Shown: positions 1 to 13,739, counted from the stretch's first letter. The stretch: DNA of 64,000 bases from Balanoglossus misakiensis (GCA_040954595.2 CM082597.2:7832343-7896342); one strand, 5' to 3'. Notes: a model not told the origin generated them from the sequence alone. A program made the numbers and translations.

Positions 1-270
1 TATTTACTTTTTAATCCCATCAAATATTTCAATATGATTAATCCCTTGATAACTAAGTGAGGAAGTGCGGTCCTAACTTTTAATGGAGCTGTCCTAACTT
101 TTAAAGGAGCTTTCCCGTCATATTTATTGCTACTAGTAATTTTTTTGTTTAGGATAAAAAAGTATACTGGTATACCGGTATTGTTGAGTTCTCATTGAGG
201 TCTTTCTGTCGGCGCAGCTACTTGGGCACCCTATTAATTAATTCGAATGTTGAACTATGACCTATTTCAG

Positions 271-3200
271 GCTACACTGAATGTATGAGATGTGAGACTA
301 GCTTCTATTGTCTTGGAGATGGGATACAGCGTCCGTGTGGGCGGTGTGATCCTCCCGACACCAACTGCGACAGGTCGCCTAGTGAACACTCCTTTGGACA
401 TGCTTCTGAATGCAGCCCTTGTCCTGTTGGTTGGGTAAATCAAACAATTCAAAGCAAGGAACCATTTTTCCAACCAAAAAATCTTCACATGGTCATGTAT
501 GAAACATATATAAGTGTACCTTTTCGTAGGAATTTGACAAAGAATAGTTATTCGTGACACATATGTCACAGTTCAGAATAGGGAAAGTATAAAATTAATG
601 TAAGAAATAGTCAGTAACTCTGAAATTTGACATTATTATAATGTAACATGTAATTGTTGAAAGTGAAAACTGAAATGATTCTGGGAAACTTTAGATGGCC
701 ACTAGGGACTAAATCTTAAATTGTCTCTTCCTCCAGTTAAAAACTGAAATTTAAAGCTATTTTTTGCACACACAAAATCGTAGTCTTTTGATAGTATACT
801 TATTGTCTAAACTCCTGTTGTCGTATCTCTAGCTATGTGCAGACGGATATGCCACCAAGTGTCCCCTGTACCACCATGCACATTGCAGCGACTCGTCTCC
901 GTGTCCAACAAACTGTACTCTCTGTGAAGCGGGTACGGCGTGTTTTAACGGTGTGCCAAGTGTGTGTGGACTGGGATCATACTCCAGGGGCTACGACTCA
1001 GGTATGGACACTGGCCGATGTGCGGCTGTTGTTGTTCTGATATGTACAGTTTATTGTAAGTAGTCCAATTCAAATTCTGTGGACATTTCAATGTAATTTC
1101 TAGAATATGTAGAATATCAGTACAGTAATAAGTACAGATATTGTGCATATTGATGTCATTTAATGGTAAAGTAAATTTAATGTTCTGTGGCTTTAGAATG
1201 ACTCGTCAAAGAACAAAGGCAGATCCTTACAACAGCAAGTAAACGCTTTCTGCTTGGACACACACAGCTTCAGAACAACCCCCTTCAGTGTGCAGCATTG
1301 TGCATCTCCATTGATTTTCCATTTTTCTGTTCATCAGAACACTGTATCCTGTGTGAGCCCGGTTCCTTCAACAACCTGACAGCTCAGCCGGAATGCCAGT
1401 GTTGTCCCTCAGGCTACACCAGCACCAAATCCAAAGTGGAGTGCGCCCCCTGTGAGCCGCATGAGTGGTCCGCTGGCGACTGTACTCTGTGTCAGCCATG
1501 TGCGAATATTGGAGACTGTAAGTCATACAGTATTAATTGGCGTTAAATGGACAGTGGTTGGAACTTTTGACCTTTTTTACTGGAGGATAGCTAGTACAGT
1601 GAGACCTCTTTATACGGACACATCTCTAATCAGAACACCTAAGTAAGGACGGAATTTTCAAGGCAAAAGTCATGGTTTCTATAGAATATATCCTGTCTAT
1701 TAAGAATACCACTCTATTAAAGAAAGATTTTAACAAGTCCAACAGCTGTCCTTTAATAATCATAGACAGGTTTTACTGTATGTACTGTTAAACAGAGTAT
1801 TTTCACAAGCAATAAATTTCCGCGAAATGCGCGAGAGCCCAAAAAAACGTGAAGATAAAAATGTTTTTCGGAGATAACGATGCAGTTAGTGAAATACGGG
1901 AACGCGATAATTAATCCTCGCATAACAGTTGCCTCTTTCGATATCGCAAAAATTTCATGTCACGAAAATAACCTGTTTGACATTTACTGTATCTTCCTAA
2001 CATAGTCCATGTGCAAATAATTGTAAGAGTGTAAATTCACGTCTCATGGCCTGGTGTGGAAGCATGCATGATGTGGTTGAATGTCATGTGCTTTGTATAT
2101 GCTGTGATATCCTGACTGACTGGTGTATTTTGTACGCTGCAGGCCCATGCATGGCTGAACCCAGTCCCTGCTTTGATGACACCGTGGTCTGTGTCAACAC
2201 TGGTGGTGGAACGTATCTGTGTGAAGGCTGTCCCAAAGGATTCACGGGAGATGGCATCAACTGTAATGAGATTGATGAGGTGAGCAGGGAGAGGGAGGAA
2301 ATTATCAAAATAATTTTTTTCCAAACTGTTGGTATTTATGCATTCTTGGGCAACTTTTTTGTGGGTTCTATTAATAAAAATCATTTCATAATGTACGTGT
2401 GAAAACAAAAACTAGAAAAGGTTACTAGAAAGGCAACCGTGAATGATACAAATCAAACAAAAGAGTATTGTCCATTTGTGCCGTGCATTTATGGGTCATT
2501 GAAACGATCAGTCATCTAAATCCTTAGATTTCACCAAATCCTGCCAATGACTTGTTCATTGACCAATTACTGACACTGCACATTGTGATATTCATCTTTC
2601 AGTGTGCATATCACAACCCATGCTGGGACCAATCTACATGTGTAAATTTGTCCCCTGGATTTGAATGCGATGGTTGTCCGGACGGCTTTGAGGGCTACAC
2701 TCCCCACGGCATTGGATACGAAGATGTCACGGCTGGCGATCAGGTGGGAATTGTGTGAAGAAAATAGAGTGTTCATCACTGCTCTGTTTTTTCTGCATAG
2801 AGATAACACAGAGATTGGTGGCCATTTTGAATTTCAAATTTTTGACAATAAATTGCCTCTGCCATTCAAATATCGAGAGAAATGTTGCCTTGAACAAAAA
2901 ATGAGGAAAATTTACCGCTCTTACTTTTCATTGGGCATGAAATGCTTGTGAAAAGCAGTACATTTCAAGTTTCAGGTGCTGATGGTGCAAACAAAAATGA
3001 AATCCTCGCCTCATTACTCCGTTGCCAAACAGGGGTTTGACCTTGTCAATTATACAGCAACACCCTCCTGTTGATACTTTAGCTGAATAGTCACCAGGTT
3101 TTAGTTGTGAACCAAAATATGTCGCCACTCAATAAACAAAGATTATCAGTGAGATAAGATGGTCGGTTTCTGCCCATTCCCACCAGGATATGGATATGTG

Positions 3201-6200
3201 CAATTGCATGCTTGTAGATTTTTATTCTCAAGAGTACATCTCTATTTATTGTTCGAAGCTCAAAATGATCTGTCTCTGATCCAACAGAATTGCACCGATG
3301 TTGATGAATGCAGCAGAGGAAACAACGCCTGTGATCAGTTGTCTGTCTGCACTAATACCATTGTAAGTAGACGTATGGAAACACCTTGTGGTTGTTTATC
3401 ATGCAGCTATAATTGCAAGGAGCAATTTAATAAATGTAACACCATAACTTAATGCTAAATGCTCAAAAGATACATAAGGCCAAATAAAAATATATGTGCT
3501 GTTCCGATTACCCGACCTACCCTAATTTTCACCCGCGAACCTTAAACTTTTTAAAGCTTTGTAAACTGGAAATAAAAATAACGATGTCAAATATACAAAG
3601 TTTATGAAAATTGCGAGAATCACGCAAGAACTATGACGTCATTCTTCTACACTACCCTGGCCAAAGATATAAAAAAAATTGCACCCTATTTTTGAAAACC
3701 ATGGAATCGGAACAGCACATATATTTTTTTATTTGGCCTAAAGACTCCTGCACACCATGAGAACGTAAAATTTTTCTCGGGTACAGGTCTGCATTCAGAA
3801 TTGCGGGAAACCCCACTTCTACTTGTCATTTATCAAGATTTGCACATGCCCATTATATTAATAGTACAACACATTTTCCCCTGCACTTTTCAGGGTAGTT
3901 ACACATGCGGTCCATGTCCGTATGGATACCTTGGTAACGGTTATGTGGGCTGCATCCCTGGTGATTACTGCAAACTCGGTCAAAATAACTGCAACGAAAA
4001 TGCAGCTTGTATATCCACGGGGCCAGGCACATTTATTTGCGAGGTACAGCTGCTGATTTTGAATTCTGATCTCAGGGTGTATGTCTGGGTGTATGTCTCA
4101 GTATGTGACTGTTTGTTCACAGTGTATGACCCTGTGTTTATTAAGCTATTTCTCTCTGTGTTGTAGTTCTTGTACCGTACGCATGATTATGTTTATCGAG
4201 ACTGAACAGTTGTTTTCTCAATGATGTTGGTTTTTTGGTGAATGTGTTTTCAAATTGGCTCAATTTGTGTGTTTCTCTGAAGTTTATATTCTCGCACCCT
4301 CAATCATTCCCTTAAATACATGTTGCTTATAGTGTAACGATGGCTATGCTGGTAATGGTGTTTACTGCAAGGCAGACACAGATGGAGACGGTTATCCTGA
4401 CGAGGCCCTGTTCTGTAACACTGAGGGTTGCCAAGCTGACAACTGTGTCGATATTCCAAACAGTGGACAAGAAGATAATGATAATGACAATAAGGGAGAT
4501 GTCTGCGATATTGACGATGATGGAGACGGCCTTTTTGATGTCGTGGTAAGTTTATAATCGAGGTCGATTTGAAATTAAATTTTAAATTGCATGTTTAAGC
4601 ATCATCCTGAACTTTGCCAATTGGCCGCATTCTTCAACATTGTCGTATTTGTTTCTTTACATTCCCGGCTGCTGGTAGTGTGACATTGACAATGTTGGAT
4701 AAATTGATCCCTCACAGTTTACTATGCTTGGCTCTTAGTCTTAGTCTGTAAGTGTAGCCCCCAACTATTGACAAAATAGTGTTGGCACAGAGTTGAAAGA
4801 CAAAAGAACTTACATTTGCAAAGTATAGATCTTCTATAAAAAAAATTAAAGCATATAGCTGGATAGTGCATTCATTTGCAACTGATGGTACATGTATATT
4901 TTTTTTGTCGTTCACTGAAACATACACATTTATACTTTTGATACGTTTTCAGCCGCAGTCTCCATTCACCACCCACCATTAAGACACAATATAGTACCAA
5001 TGAGTAGTTAAACCGACAAATTTGGAGTAATGTTCTGTTTCGCCTTTATTTGAAATGTAGGATAACTGCCCATTTGTCAAGAATTTTGACCAGACGGATG
5101 CTGACGGCGATGGCATTGGTGATGCATGTGACAACTGTCCTGGTGACATCAACCCTGATCAGCTGGACACTGATGGTGATGGTGTCGGTGATGAGTGTGA
5201 TACTGACGATGATAATGATGGTATGTCTCTAAGTATGCATGGACCTTTGTTCCTCTTCATCAAAGCAGATAGACTGAATACAGAAAAAGCATTCCATAGT
5301 TATCTTCAGATAATTGTATATCTGTTCACTTCAGTCAGGTACTTCTACATGTAAATGGAATATTAGTACAAAAAGCCATTCGTTGTTTTCAGTTACTGGT
5401 ATTGCGAGAACCGTTGCTTCATTTTAGAGTGGCTTCCAATCTCTGTGTTGTTATTTAGTCTATGAAGAAAATTCAACTAAATTGATTTTTTGAAATCAAA
5501 ATGGTGAACATCCTGCTTGTATGTTTGCAAAAAAGACTCCTCAAACACTTTTAAAGAATTTAAATGTTTGGAGGACTGTCGTTTTGCTGTCACTGAGGTG
5601 TGAAATGTACGATATACCTTAAGACATTGTTTGTTGGCTGGCCATCCCCCAAAATCAATCAGGTTGGCTCTTGGTCACACACAGTGTTCCATGTGTGTGT
5701 GAAATTGAACAGGTAGCATGGAAATACCCCCACCCTTACCCCGAGACACAGAAACCCCAAAGACGACAATGTGTATCATAACTCAACACAATTAGGGCTT
5801 GGATGCATTTATCTGTAATAATTTCACCTGAATCACTTTATTTTATTTGCCAGGGATTTTGGATTTGGCACCTGATAACTGTGTCCTGGTCGGCAACAGC
5901 GACCAGACGGATTCTGACGGCGACGGCGTCGGGGATGCCTGCGACAACTGTCCAGATGATGCGAACACCGACCAGCAGGACAGCGATGACAACGGATGGG
6001 GTGATGTCTGCGATGACCCCTATGGAACAAAGAAAGACAGGTACGACGGCAGATTGGCTATCTCTCCACCAAGCCAAGTTGTAGTTGGATTGGAAGACGA
6101 AAATACCATCTGAATGTAGTCCCTCAGGAATTTCAGAACACATATATTCAAATTTTCGAAACAAAAATATTCTAGTTTCTTTCATGGTGTATTGTGGATG

Positions 6201-9200
6201 GGCATTTTACATTGATTTTTAAAACTTTTATTTATTTTTTAATTTTATCTATTACTTTTCTAGGTTTTAGCCTTGTAGGTGTTTTTTAGTGTAATTGCCA
6301 GGTTTTTTTTTACTAGTTACTATGGACGGTTATGTCTGAAATGAAGATTAATAATAATAATAATTGTTAATGAACCTTAGATTGGATTGGTTGATAGTAT
6401 AGAATAACATGAATATAGCAAGATTTTTTGTGGTTCATTTCTGAAAGAAATCTGATAAACATTTTCAAATTTAAAGACTAGTTCACGCTGATAAACTGAT
6501 AATATTGGTACATATTTTGCAATTTCCGCCCACTGTTATTCCCTCATAGGGACGGTGATGGAATCCCAAATTCCGTGGACAACTGTGCGAATGTCCCCAA
6601 CTCGGATCAGCTGGACACTGATGGTGATGGCGATGGAGACATGTGTGACGATGACAAGGATGGTGACGGAGTGCCGGATAGCTTGGATAACTGTCCGCTT
6701 GTCTCCAATCCATCACAAACAGACCTAAACGGTGAGTTGTTTTTTATTTTGCTTTGCACGATGTACATCTATGACATGAAATGATAACTGCTTAGGCAAT
6801 GGAGTCACCTATGCAAATGTAGCCGCAGTTACCATTGAAGTATAGCTAATCAGAGATTAGCCATATGAATACAAGCACAACTCCACGTGGTCATCGTGAG
6901 CTGTTGTTTGCTCCCCAGGATGTTTTAATAGAATTAAAGCAGGTCCAATGACCAGGGGTAATGATTGTAAAGCCCCTTGAGCACAATTGTTGATACATGT
7001 GCTACATAATTATAAAAACTCTGTATTATTATTATTGCTATTCAAAGACTTGCAGCATACATAATTTTAACCATATATGGACACATGTAAAATAAGAGAT
7101 TATTGTATCCCTTAAGATGGGTCCCTAGGATCTTTTTGCCCGTTGCCGTTCATAACGGTTTCGATCAAAATTGAGTGTAGTGTCCTATAAAGGCCCATAG
7201 CAACGAGCAAAAAGATCCTAGGGACCCATCTTAATGTGACAGATGTAAAAAGTTTTCCCCTGCTTGAAAACAGTGATACAGCTTCATCTTTATCTTGTTC
7301 ATCCTCTCCAGGTGACGGAGTGGGTGATGTTTGTGCAGATGACACGGATGGCGACGGAATCAATGATGAATATGACAACTGTCCCAAAAACAAGCATTAC
7401 CACACCACCAGTTTTGAAGACTACGTTTCAGTAGATCTGGACCCATCTCTCACTGATGCTTCTGATTGGTTTATAACTGACCAGGTGAGAAAAAAATAAT
7501 TTGCATATAACTGGCCAGCACCACCATATCCTGTCAACTGGCTTCTATAATCAATGCATATGTGCATGCAACCAACAGTAAAGCATGCATGTTTGGCTTC
7601 ATGATGAAAAATACCAGTGGTTTTGCATTATTTTTGTGTGTCGCGTTTTGTATGACTTTTAGTGCAATTAGTTAGCAACCAGAAAAGAGCAATAGGAAAA
7701 GTTAACATATGATTCTAACTATAACTTCTGATATATTGCTTGCACAGGGCAAAGAAATCCGGCAGCTGTCAGATACGGAAATGCCGGTCATCCTGATCGG
7801 CAAGGACTACTTCGGTCCAGTGGATTACTCCGGTACAATGTTTGTCAACACTGACAATGGCCAGGACTACATGGGATTTGTGTTCGGTTACCAGAGTTCG
7901 TGGAAGTTCTATGTTGTCATGTGGAGGCATGAAAATTTGAATTACTTCAATTACAGAGCTGGTATCAAAGGGCTTCAGATCAAGGTATAAGTTCAGTCGC
8001 CAAGTATCCTGTGTTGAAAATTTACTTGTCATAATTCATTCAGGGTTGTCCTTAGCCCTTTCACCACCATGGTCCAGTCAAAACTCATTGTTGTCTATAG
8101 TAAGGTTGAACCTCTAAAGAGGGGATTTGGGGTGACATGGTTAAGGTTTATGCAAGACCTAGTAGTGATAAATTTGCTCTTGAACACTGTAATTATTGAT
8201 TCTGATGCAGATTTAACTCGGAATATGAGATTTATTCTGTACAAAAAACAACCCTTCGTCCTGGTTTTACTTGTAGCGGTATAGTAATTAAAGAACGTCT
8301 CTGAAACACCTGTTGTTCTGAAATGTATTGTGATCAGGCCTTGTCATCAACAGAAAGTGGTTTCTACAACAGGACCAAGCAAAGCTCTGGGTGATGCACT
8401 GTGGCATTCGTATGACACAGCAAACCATGTGACATTACTCTGGCACGACCCAGCAATGATTGGTTGGGAGCATCACGTGGCTTACACATGGAGACTCACT
8501 CATAGACCGTCTGTGGGACTGATCAGGTGACGAAAACTATTTTATCATCCTCTCAAACAAAGCTTGAACGTTAAAGTCTAAACATCTTCTGAGCATGCTT
8601 AGCAAGAAGACTGATTGATAACTCGGGGATAAACATGAACACATAATTGGGCAACAAAAGGAGTGTAAAGATTATTTGAGGTTTATCGTTCATTGTTAAT
8701 ATTTTCCCCTCACACTCTTTCTAAAATGTCAGTGACGAACAAACATACACTGCTGTGACATTCTGTCCACCTTACTGTCATAGCGGTATAGTCCATACCA
8801 CTTATATTCAAGTAAAGGTTGAGGGACAAGCAGGATGAGAACAGTTTTGAGATTAGCTGTTTGCAGCCCTAAATTTGAATGCCAGAGAAGTTCATGAAAA
8901 ATGTCTTGTGAGATTCCCAGAGAATAGTAGTTCTTTGAATGTGCATCGGAATCATGATTAAGTTACATATATAGAGCAGGAAATGCAAGAATTCACTTAA
9001 CTGTTCTCTTTTACAGGGTTGTAATCAAAGTAAAGGGGGAAACCATTGTTGATTCTGGAAATCTCTACGACACAACCATCTCTGGGGGACGTCTCGGCAT
9101 CTTCCAGTTTGCTCAACCCGGCATGATCATCTGGTCTAATCTCAAATGCAAGTGTGCAGACAGGTACAGCCTATAGTGGGGATGTGTGACATACATTTGC

Positions 9201-12200
9201 ACATGGGACACACACTGGGGACACACATGACATGTGATTCACATGTGACATGTGTGTGACATACATATGTACATGTATATGAAGTAATGCCTTGGATTTT
9301 TCTGCATTCGATCCCCAAGCCTCATAACCATCAGATCCACAGGGCCTAATTAAACAACATGTATGCCTGCACATTTTCTAAGCATGGTACAATTTATCAC
9401 TGTACTCATAAAGATTTGATTCAAAAGAGTTACTTTACATACAAGGACATTTTTGAGTTGTTCCATCAAAACAAGCACACCCAAAAAATCCTGTACCGGT
9501 AAATGCAATTTCGAAGTTACTTCCAATGTGGGTTTTTTTCCCCAAAGAAATTGGAAACTTGTTACTCTCTGAATGATGTCAGAGGTCACCAGGGTGTTTG
9601 TGTGCAAATGTTTAATTATATGCCAAGGAAAACTCTCCTCTCTGTCTTGAATGCTACGTACAGGCACCAAAGGCAATCAAATAATATATATACACCAAAG
9701 AGTTTTGTCTCCATCTTTGCTCCCAGAGTCAACCAGGCCTTGTATTTCGACGGCAAGGATGACTACGTGACAATGAACACAATCCAGGCACTCCACATGG
9801 AGCTCAGCTTCACCATTGAGACGTGGCTGTATCTGCCTGACAACTACCCCAGCAGCAAATTACCCATTGTCTGCACTGATGATGATACGATTTGCCTTTA
9901 CGTTGAAAATAGGTAACTCGCCTTTGATTTGGGAGAGAATGTCCATTCCAGGGTAGAGGGATAAGTATACTTTGTTGTATGTGTTAAATTATCTCATTTA
10001 TGTCCAAGGGACAGGAAAGCGTGTTCGGTATAGACAGGTTTCTAAATTAGGCCAAATAAAAAAATATGTGCCGTTCTGATTAACCGACCTACCCTAAGTT
10101 TAGCCCGATGACCCTAAACTTTTTGAGCCTCGTAAACTGGAAGTAAAAATAACGATGTCAAATATATAAAATTTATGAAAATTGCGAGAATCATGCAAGT
10201 ACTATGACATCATTCTTCTACACTACGGCGGCCAAAGATGTAAAAAATGCAAAATAAAAAAAATTCCCTACCTACCTACCCTATTTTCAAAAAACGTGTA
10301 ATTGGAACAGCACATATAATTTTTTTGGCCTTAGACATGTTTGTTGTCATAAATTTTCTAGATAATTTATCTGCCTGCATTTAATGTATGTAGCAAGAGC
10401 ACTCAGATCTGTACAAGAAAAACGTGGCTTTCTTGCACAGGCATGATGTGATGTTTGACAACTGTTTTGTTTGTTTTGTGTGACTGTGTCTTTGCAGTTT
10501 GCTGGTGGGACAGGTGGGTTACAATGTGCTGGCCAGCGCAACTACGCCCGTGCAGGCCAATACCTGGAACCACGCAGCCATGCGATATGATGCCCAGAGT
10601 AAGTTACTCCAGATAGACGTGGGCCTTTCAGTGGTGACAGTACCACATTACACGCAAATTATTTATCTGTATATCCAAGCAAGACTTTTGACACTGCCAT
10701 GTGTTTCAAAATGAAGCGTGTGATCTCATTCTATAAAACCGTTCCCAATCACTTTGTGGTAAGGCTAAATAAACAAATATGTGCTGTTCCGATTACATGG
10801 TTTTCAAAAATAGGGTAGGTAGGTAGGATAAATGTTTTATTTTGCAATTTTTTTTTATATCTTTGGCTGCCATAATGTAGAATAATGACATCATAGTTCT
10901 TGCGTGATTCGCAGAATTTTCATAAATTTGTATTTTTGACATCATTATTTAAACTTCCGGATTTACGAAGTTCTAAAACCTGTAGGGTCGGCGGGTGAAA
11001 ATTAGGGTAGGTCCGGTAATCGGAACATCACATATTTTTTTTTATTTTGGCCTAATCCATAGACTCCCTGCAACTACTAAATGTTTATGGTTTTCAATAT
11101 CAGATACTCCTTGGTACAAGGGGTGTAATACCATTTGGCACATTGTCATGAGTCCCTGCTAAAAAGATACTCAGAGTTCATCGAATATTAATGTACATTG
11201 TAATGATAAAACTTCTGATGGCTGGATTGATTACTGAACTCTTTCAGATAATCGGCTGGATTTGTTTATCAACGGAACAACTCTGCCAAGCCCTGGTGCT
11301 GAAGCTACGCTGACTGGTACAACACCGTATATCTGGGTAAGTAATCCAAAGTACGATGGCCTATATGCGGTGGCAATGTTGAAATCTGATAGGAATTATT
11401 TCAATGTGTATATGATGTTGCTTTCTGTATAACTTACATTATTTTTGTTTCAAATGCAGTCTGAAGATACCTTGTTATATCTGGGTAAAGGAAACGACAG
11501 TTACTTCAAAGGAATCATGGATGAAGTGAGTTCTTGTGTATGTCTTCGCCTTCCCGGCAGAGTAACATGACAGTGTAGGATTGCCAGGTTCTACATATAT
11601 ATTATCCATGTAAATTGACTGAAGGATTTGCCTGCATACATGTATGGCAGTTGGCAAATGTTGATGTTAACGATCTGTATGCCGCTGTACATTTGTATGA
11701 GCATGTCAACGTTGTATGTTAATGGAAGTGCTTTTCTTTAGCCACAAGCGGTCATGGACAGATCAATGCAGTGTGTGTATTAGTGCATAGTTTATTGACT
11801 CGGAGGCTCTCGTACTGTGGCTGACAACCTGCAGTATTTATAACTGCAGTTCAGCATGATTAGGGCACTGTTTCAGCAAGGCTCACATCAGCTCCAACAA
11901 ATTTGGAGACCATTTGTGGTTGAGGGGAGACATGTCCTTTGTATGGGATTCTTTCCAATTGAACATGATTTCATACTCACTTTTTCAATCCACCAGTAGT
12001 GTGTTATGCACCATCCTTCTGTGATGCAATATTGAAAATAATTTCCACGAAATATTTTTGTGTATTATTCCACTGAATGTACGTTATATGGGGTTCTGGT
12101 CTATTTGTAGGTACGTGTATGGGGACTGGTCTTATCTAATGAAGAGATCGATGAGCACATGCAGCTTGCCGGCTTGGAGAGACAGAGACACAAGAAACTA

Positions 12201-12617
12201 CTGGAGGCACACTATAACATGGATTCAGAGAGGGAAGGTCTGTAGTGTAGCTGTTTTAATGCAAGATTCACATTTTTGTCATTCTAACCTGTCCAGTAAA
12301 TTAAGACGTGAAATGATAAAAGCACTTAGTTTTGATTTCATCATGGTGTCTCAGAAAAATAGAAAGCTAAAGCGAACCGTCAGTTGATCTTGTGTAGGAT
12401 TTACAGGATCTTCACTGATCCACTGATCCACCCTCGCTCTTTCTTCTCAGGTGACACAGTGCTAATAGACAGTGGCTTGTACGGCCACAATGGTGCCATA
12501 CAAGGCAACGCATTGTTCGTGTCTAGTAGTCTTGACCAAGGAAGATTCCAGCTCACTTATCCGGACGCCCGGAGGAGGCGACGGAGAAGCCTCTTCCACG
12601 ATCACTCTGAACTTTAA
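271..12617 (+). CDS. Thrombospondin-superfamily protein, 5'-partial, 21 exons: Cys-rich TNFR/ephrin-receptor-like repeats, about 4 EGF, TSP type-3 Ca-binding repeats, TSP C-terminal lectin domain, extra LamG/pentraxin-like domain, polybasic site and C-terminal HSEL
   Basis: Manually spliced AG/GT exons with consistent phases: 271-434, 833-1001, 1338-1517, 2143-2279, 2603-2743, 3288-3362, 3894-4043, 4333-4545, 5061-5220, 5854-6040, 6550-6731, 7312-7484, 7748-7984, 8354-8526, 9017-9163, 9727-9912, 10498-10598, 11248-11336, 11460-11525, 12111-12237, 12451-12617. Motifs: [13 protein letters not shown]; CTDVDEC (cbEGF); DNCP..N.DQ.D.DGDG.GD.CD (TSP3); [29 protein letters not shown] (TSP_C); [33 protein letters not shown] (LamG-3/pentraxin). 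Confidence 0.92.
1597..1778. mobile_element. Tc1/mariner-type MITE in TSP intron
   Basis: TA|CAGTGAGACCTCT...ACAGGTTTTACTG|TA: imperfect CAGT...ACTG TIRs with TA flanks. Confidence 0.6.
1784..1990. mobile_element. Degenerate MITE, same family as 14956-15173, opposite orientation
   Basis: tactgttaaacagagtattttcac...cgcgaaatgcgcgag...gaaaataacctgttt matches the reverse complement of 14956-15173. Confidence 0.55.
3478..3738. mobile_element. PIF/Harbinger (Tourist-like) MITE, copy 1
   Basis: TAA|GGCCAAATAAAAA...TTTTTATTTGGCC|TAA; 3-bp TWA TSD; homologous to 10050-10330 and 10763-11052. Confidence 0.8.
6870..7036 (+). mobile_element. Possible SINE/LINE 3' remnant with L2-like tail
   Basis: tgtaaagccccttgagcac...tataaaaactctg(tat)n resembles the L2-derived 3' tail of deuterostome SINEs. 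Confidence 0.3.
7116..7230. mobile_element. Tiny TTAA-flanked hairpin MITE
   Basis: TTAA|GATGGGTCCCTAGGATCTTTTTGC...GCAAAAAGATCCTAGGGACCCATC|TTAA: perfect 24-bp TIR. Confidence 0.75.
10050..10330. mobile_element. PIF/Harbinger MITE, copy 2
   Basis: TTA|GGCCAAATAAAAA...TTTTTTGGCC|TTA. Confidence 0.8.
10763..11052. mobile_element. PIF/Harbinger MITE, copy 3, inverted relative to copies 1 and 2
   Basis: TAA|GGCTAAATAAA...TTTATTTTGGCC|TAA; internal sequence is the reverse complement of 10050-10330. Confidence 0.8.
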
Positions 12618-13392
12618 ACAAAAGAGGGTTTTGATGCCCTTGCATGCATTTTCTGATGTCATATCCGGCCAAATGTAGTCAATTCTTGTTAAAACAGAGC
12701 TGGGTTAGGCCAGGTTTGGAAAGGTACGGCTAACAAGCCACAGATGCCCCACTGGGTGGTTTACATTTCCCAAAATGACAAATGATTGGGTAGGAAAAAA
12801 ATGCATGTCTGACGTTCCATTTTCCAGGCATTTCTGCATTTCTTTTAAAACCTATTTTATGAAGTGTAATATAATCTTGACAGATATGTAAATAATCAAA
12901 GAAAGTACAAAAATTGTGTAAAGATTTGACAAAGGAAGTTCAGTAGATCATACCTCTGAAATTCCATTTTCCAGGCAATTCTGCATTGAAACCATATTTT
13001 ATAAAGTGTAATATAATCTTGACAGATCTATAAAAAATCATGAAATGTATAAAAAAATGTGTACAGATGTGCGGGTATAACTTGTATAGACTGAATTTTT
13101 CCAATTTTGTCAACGAATCTTTTGATTTTTTTTCAGTATCAGATATGTGTATTGATTCCATGTATGATCATGCTTGAGACACTTTACATGTTGTAAACTG
13201 ATCAGAGAATTTGATTTAGGTGTACATAGCTGTAAAGGTTTGATTTATGATGTCACTTTTAATTAAGCCAATGACTGTGTGGTAATCATTGTCTGGTGCC
13301 TACTGTGACCGCCTAAGGTTTATAAAAAAATACAACAACAACAAAAAACAAGTCAGTGAGACTAGTTTCATGTATACAAGTCTTTGGGTTTA

Positions 13393-13739
13393 TTAAAGTG
13401 ACAAAGTCTCTCTCTCGCTGCCTTTTTCATTAATTATGTTTGATACAAGACATCATTTATGTTATTCGACATGTGAATCAACGTTCGACCACACACAACT
13501 TCCATCCCACTTGTAGACACGAAAGTGAAAAACTCGCCAAAATGAATAATCGGTGTTTACCATTTATTCATATTGGCGAGATTTTTACTCTTATATCCTA
13601 CAAACGGGATGGAAGTTGTGTGTGGTCGAACGTTGATTCAGTATATATACACATTTAGAATAAAATAAACAGTGCCTTGTATCAAACATAATTATTGGAA
13701 AAGCGGCAGGGAGAGAGAGAGAGACTTTGTCACTTTTAA
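13393..13739. mobile_element. Long-palindromic TTAA-flanked MITE (Kolobok-like); partial copies at about 15671-15800, 18620-18792, 19285-19346 and 51279-51444
   Basis: TTAA-AGTGACAAAGTCTCTCTCTCGCTGCC...GAGAGACTTTGTCACTT-TTAA with about 120-bp imperfect inverted arms (gttcgaccacacacaacttccatccc / gggatggaagttgtgtgtggtcgaac); RR..YY ends plus TTAA fit Kolobok. Confidence 0.7.

Noticed and set aside
12815-13030. Regulatory element in the TSP 3' region
   Set aside because: A simple degenerate tandem duplication with a period of about 147 bp and no further support.
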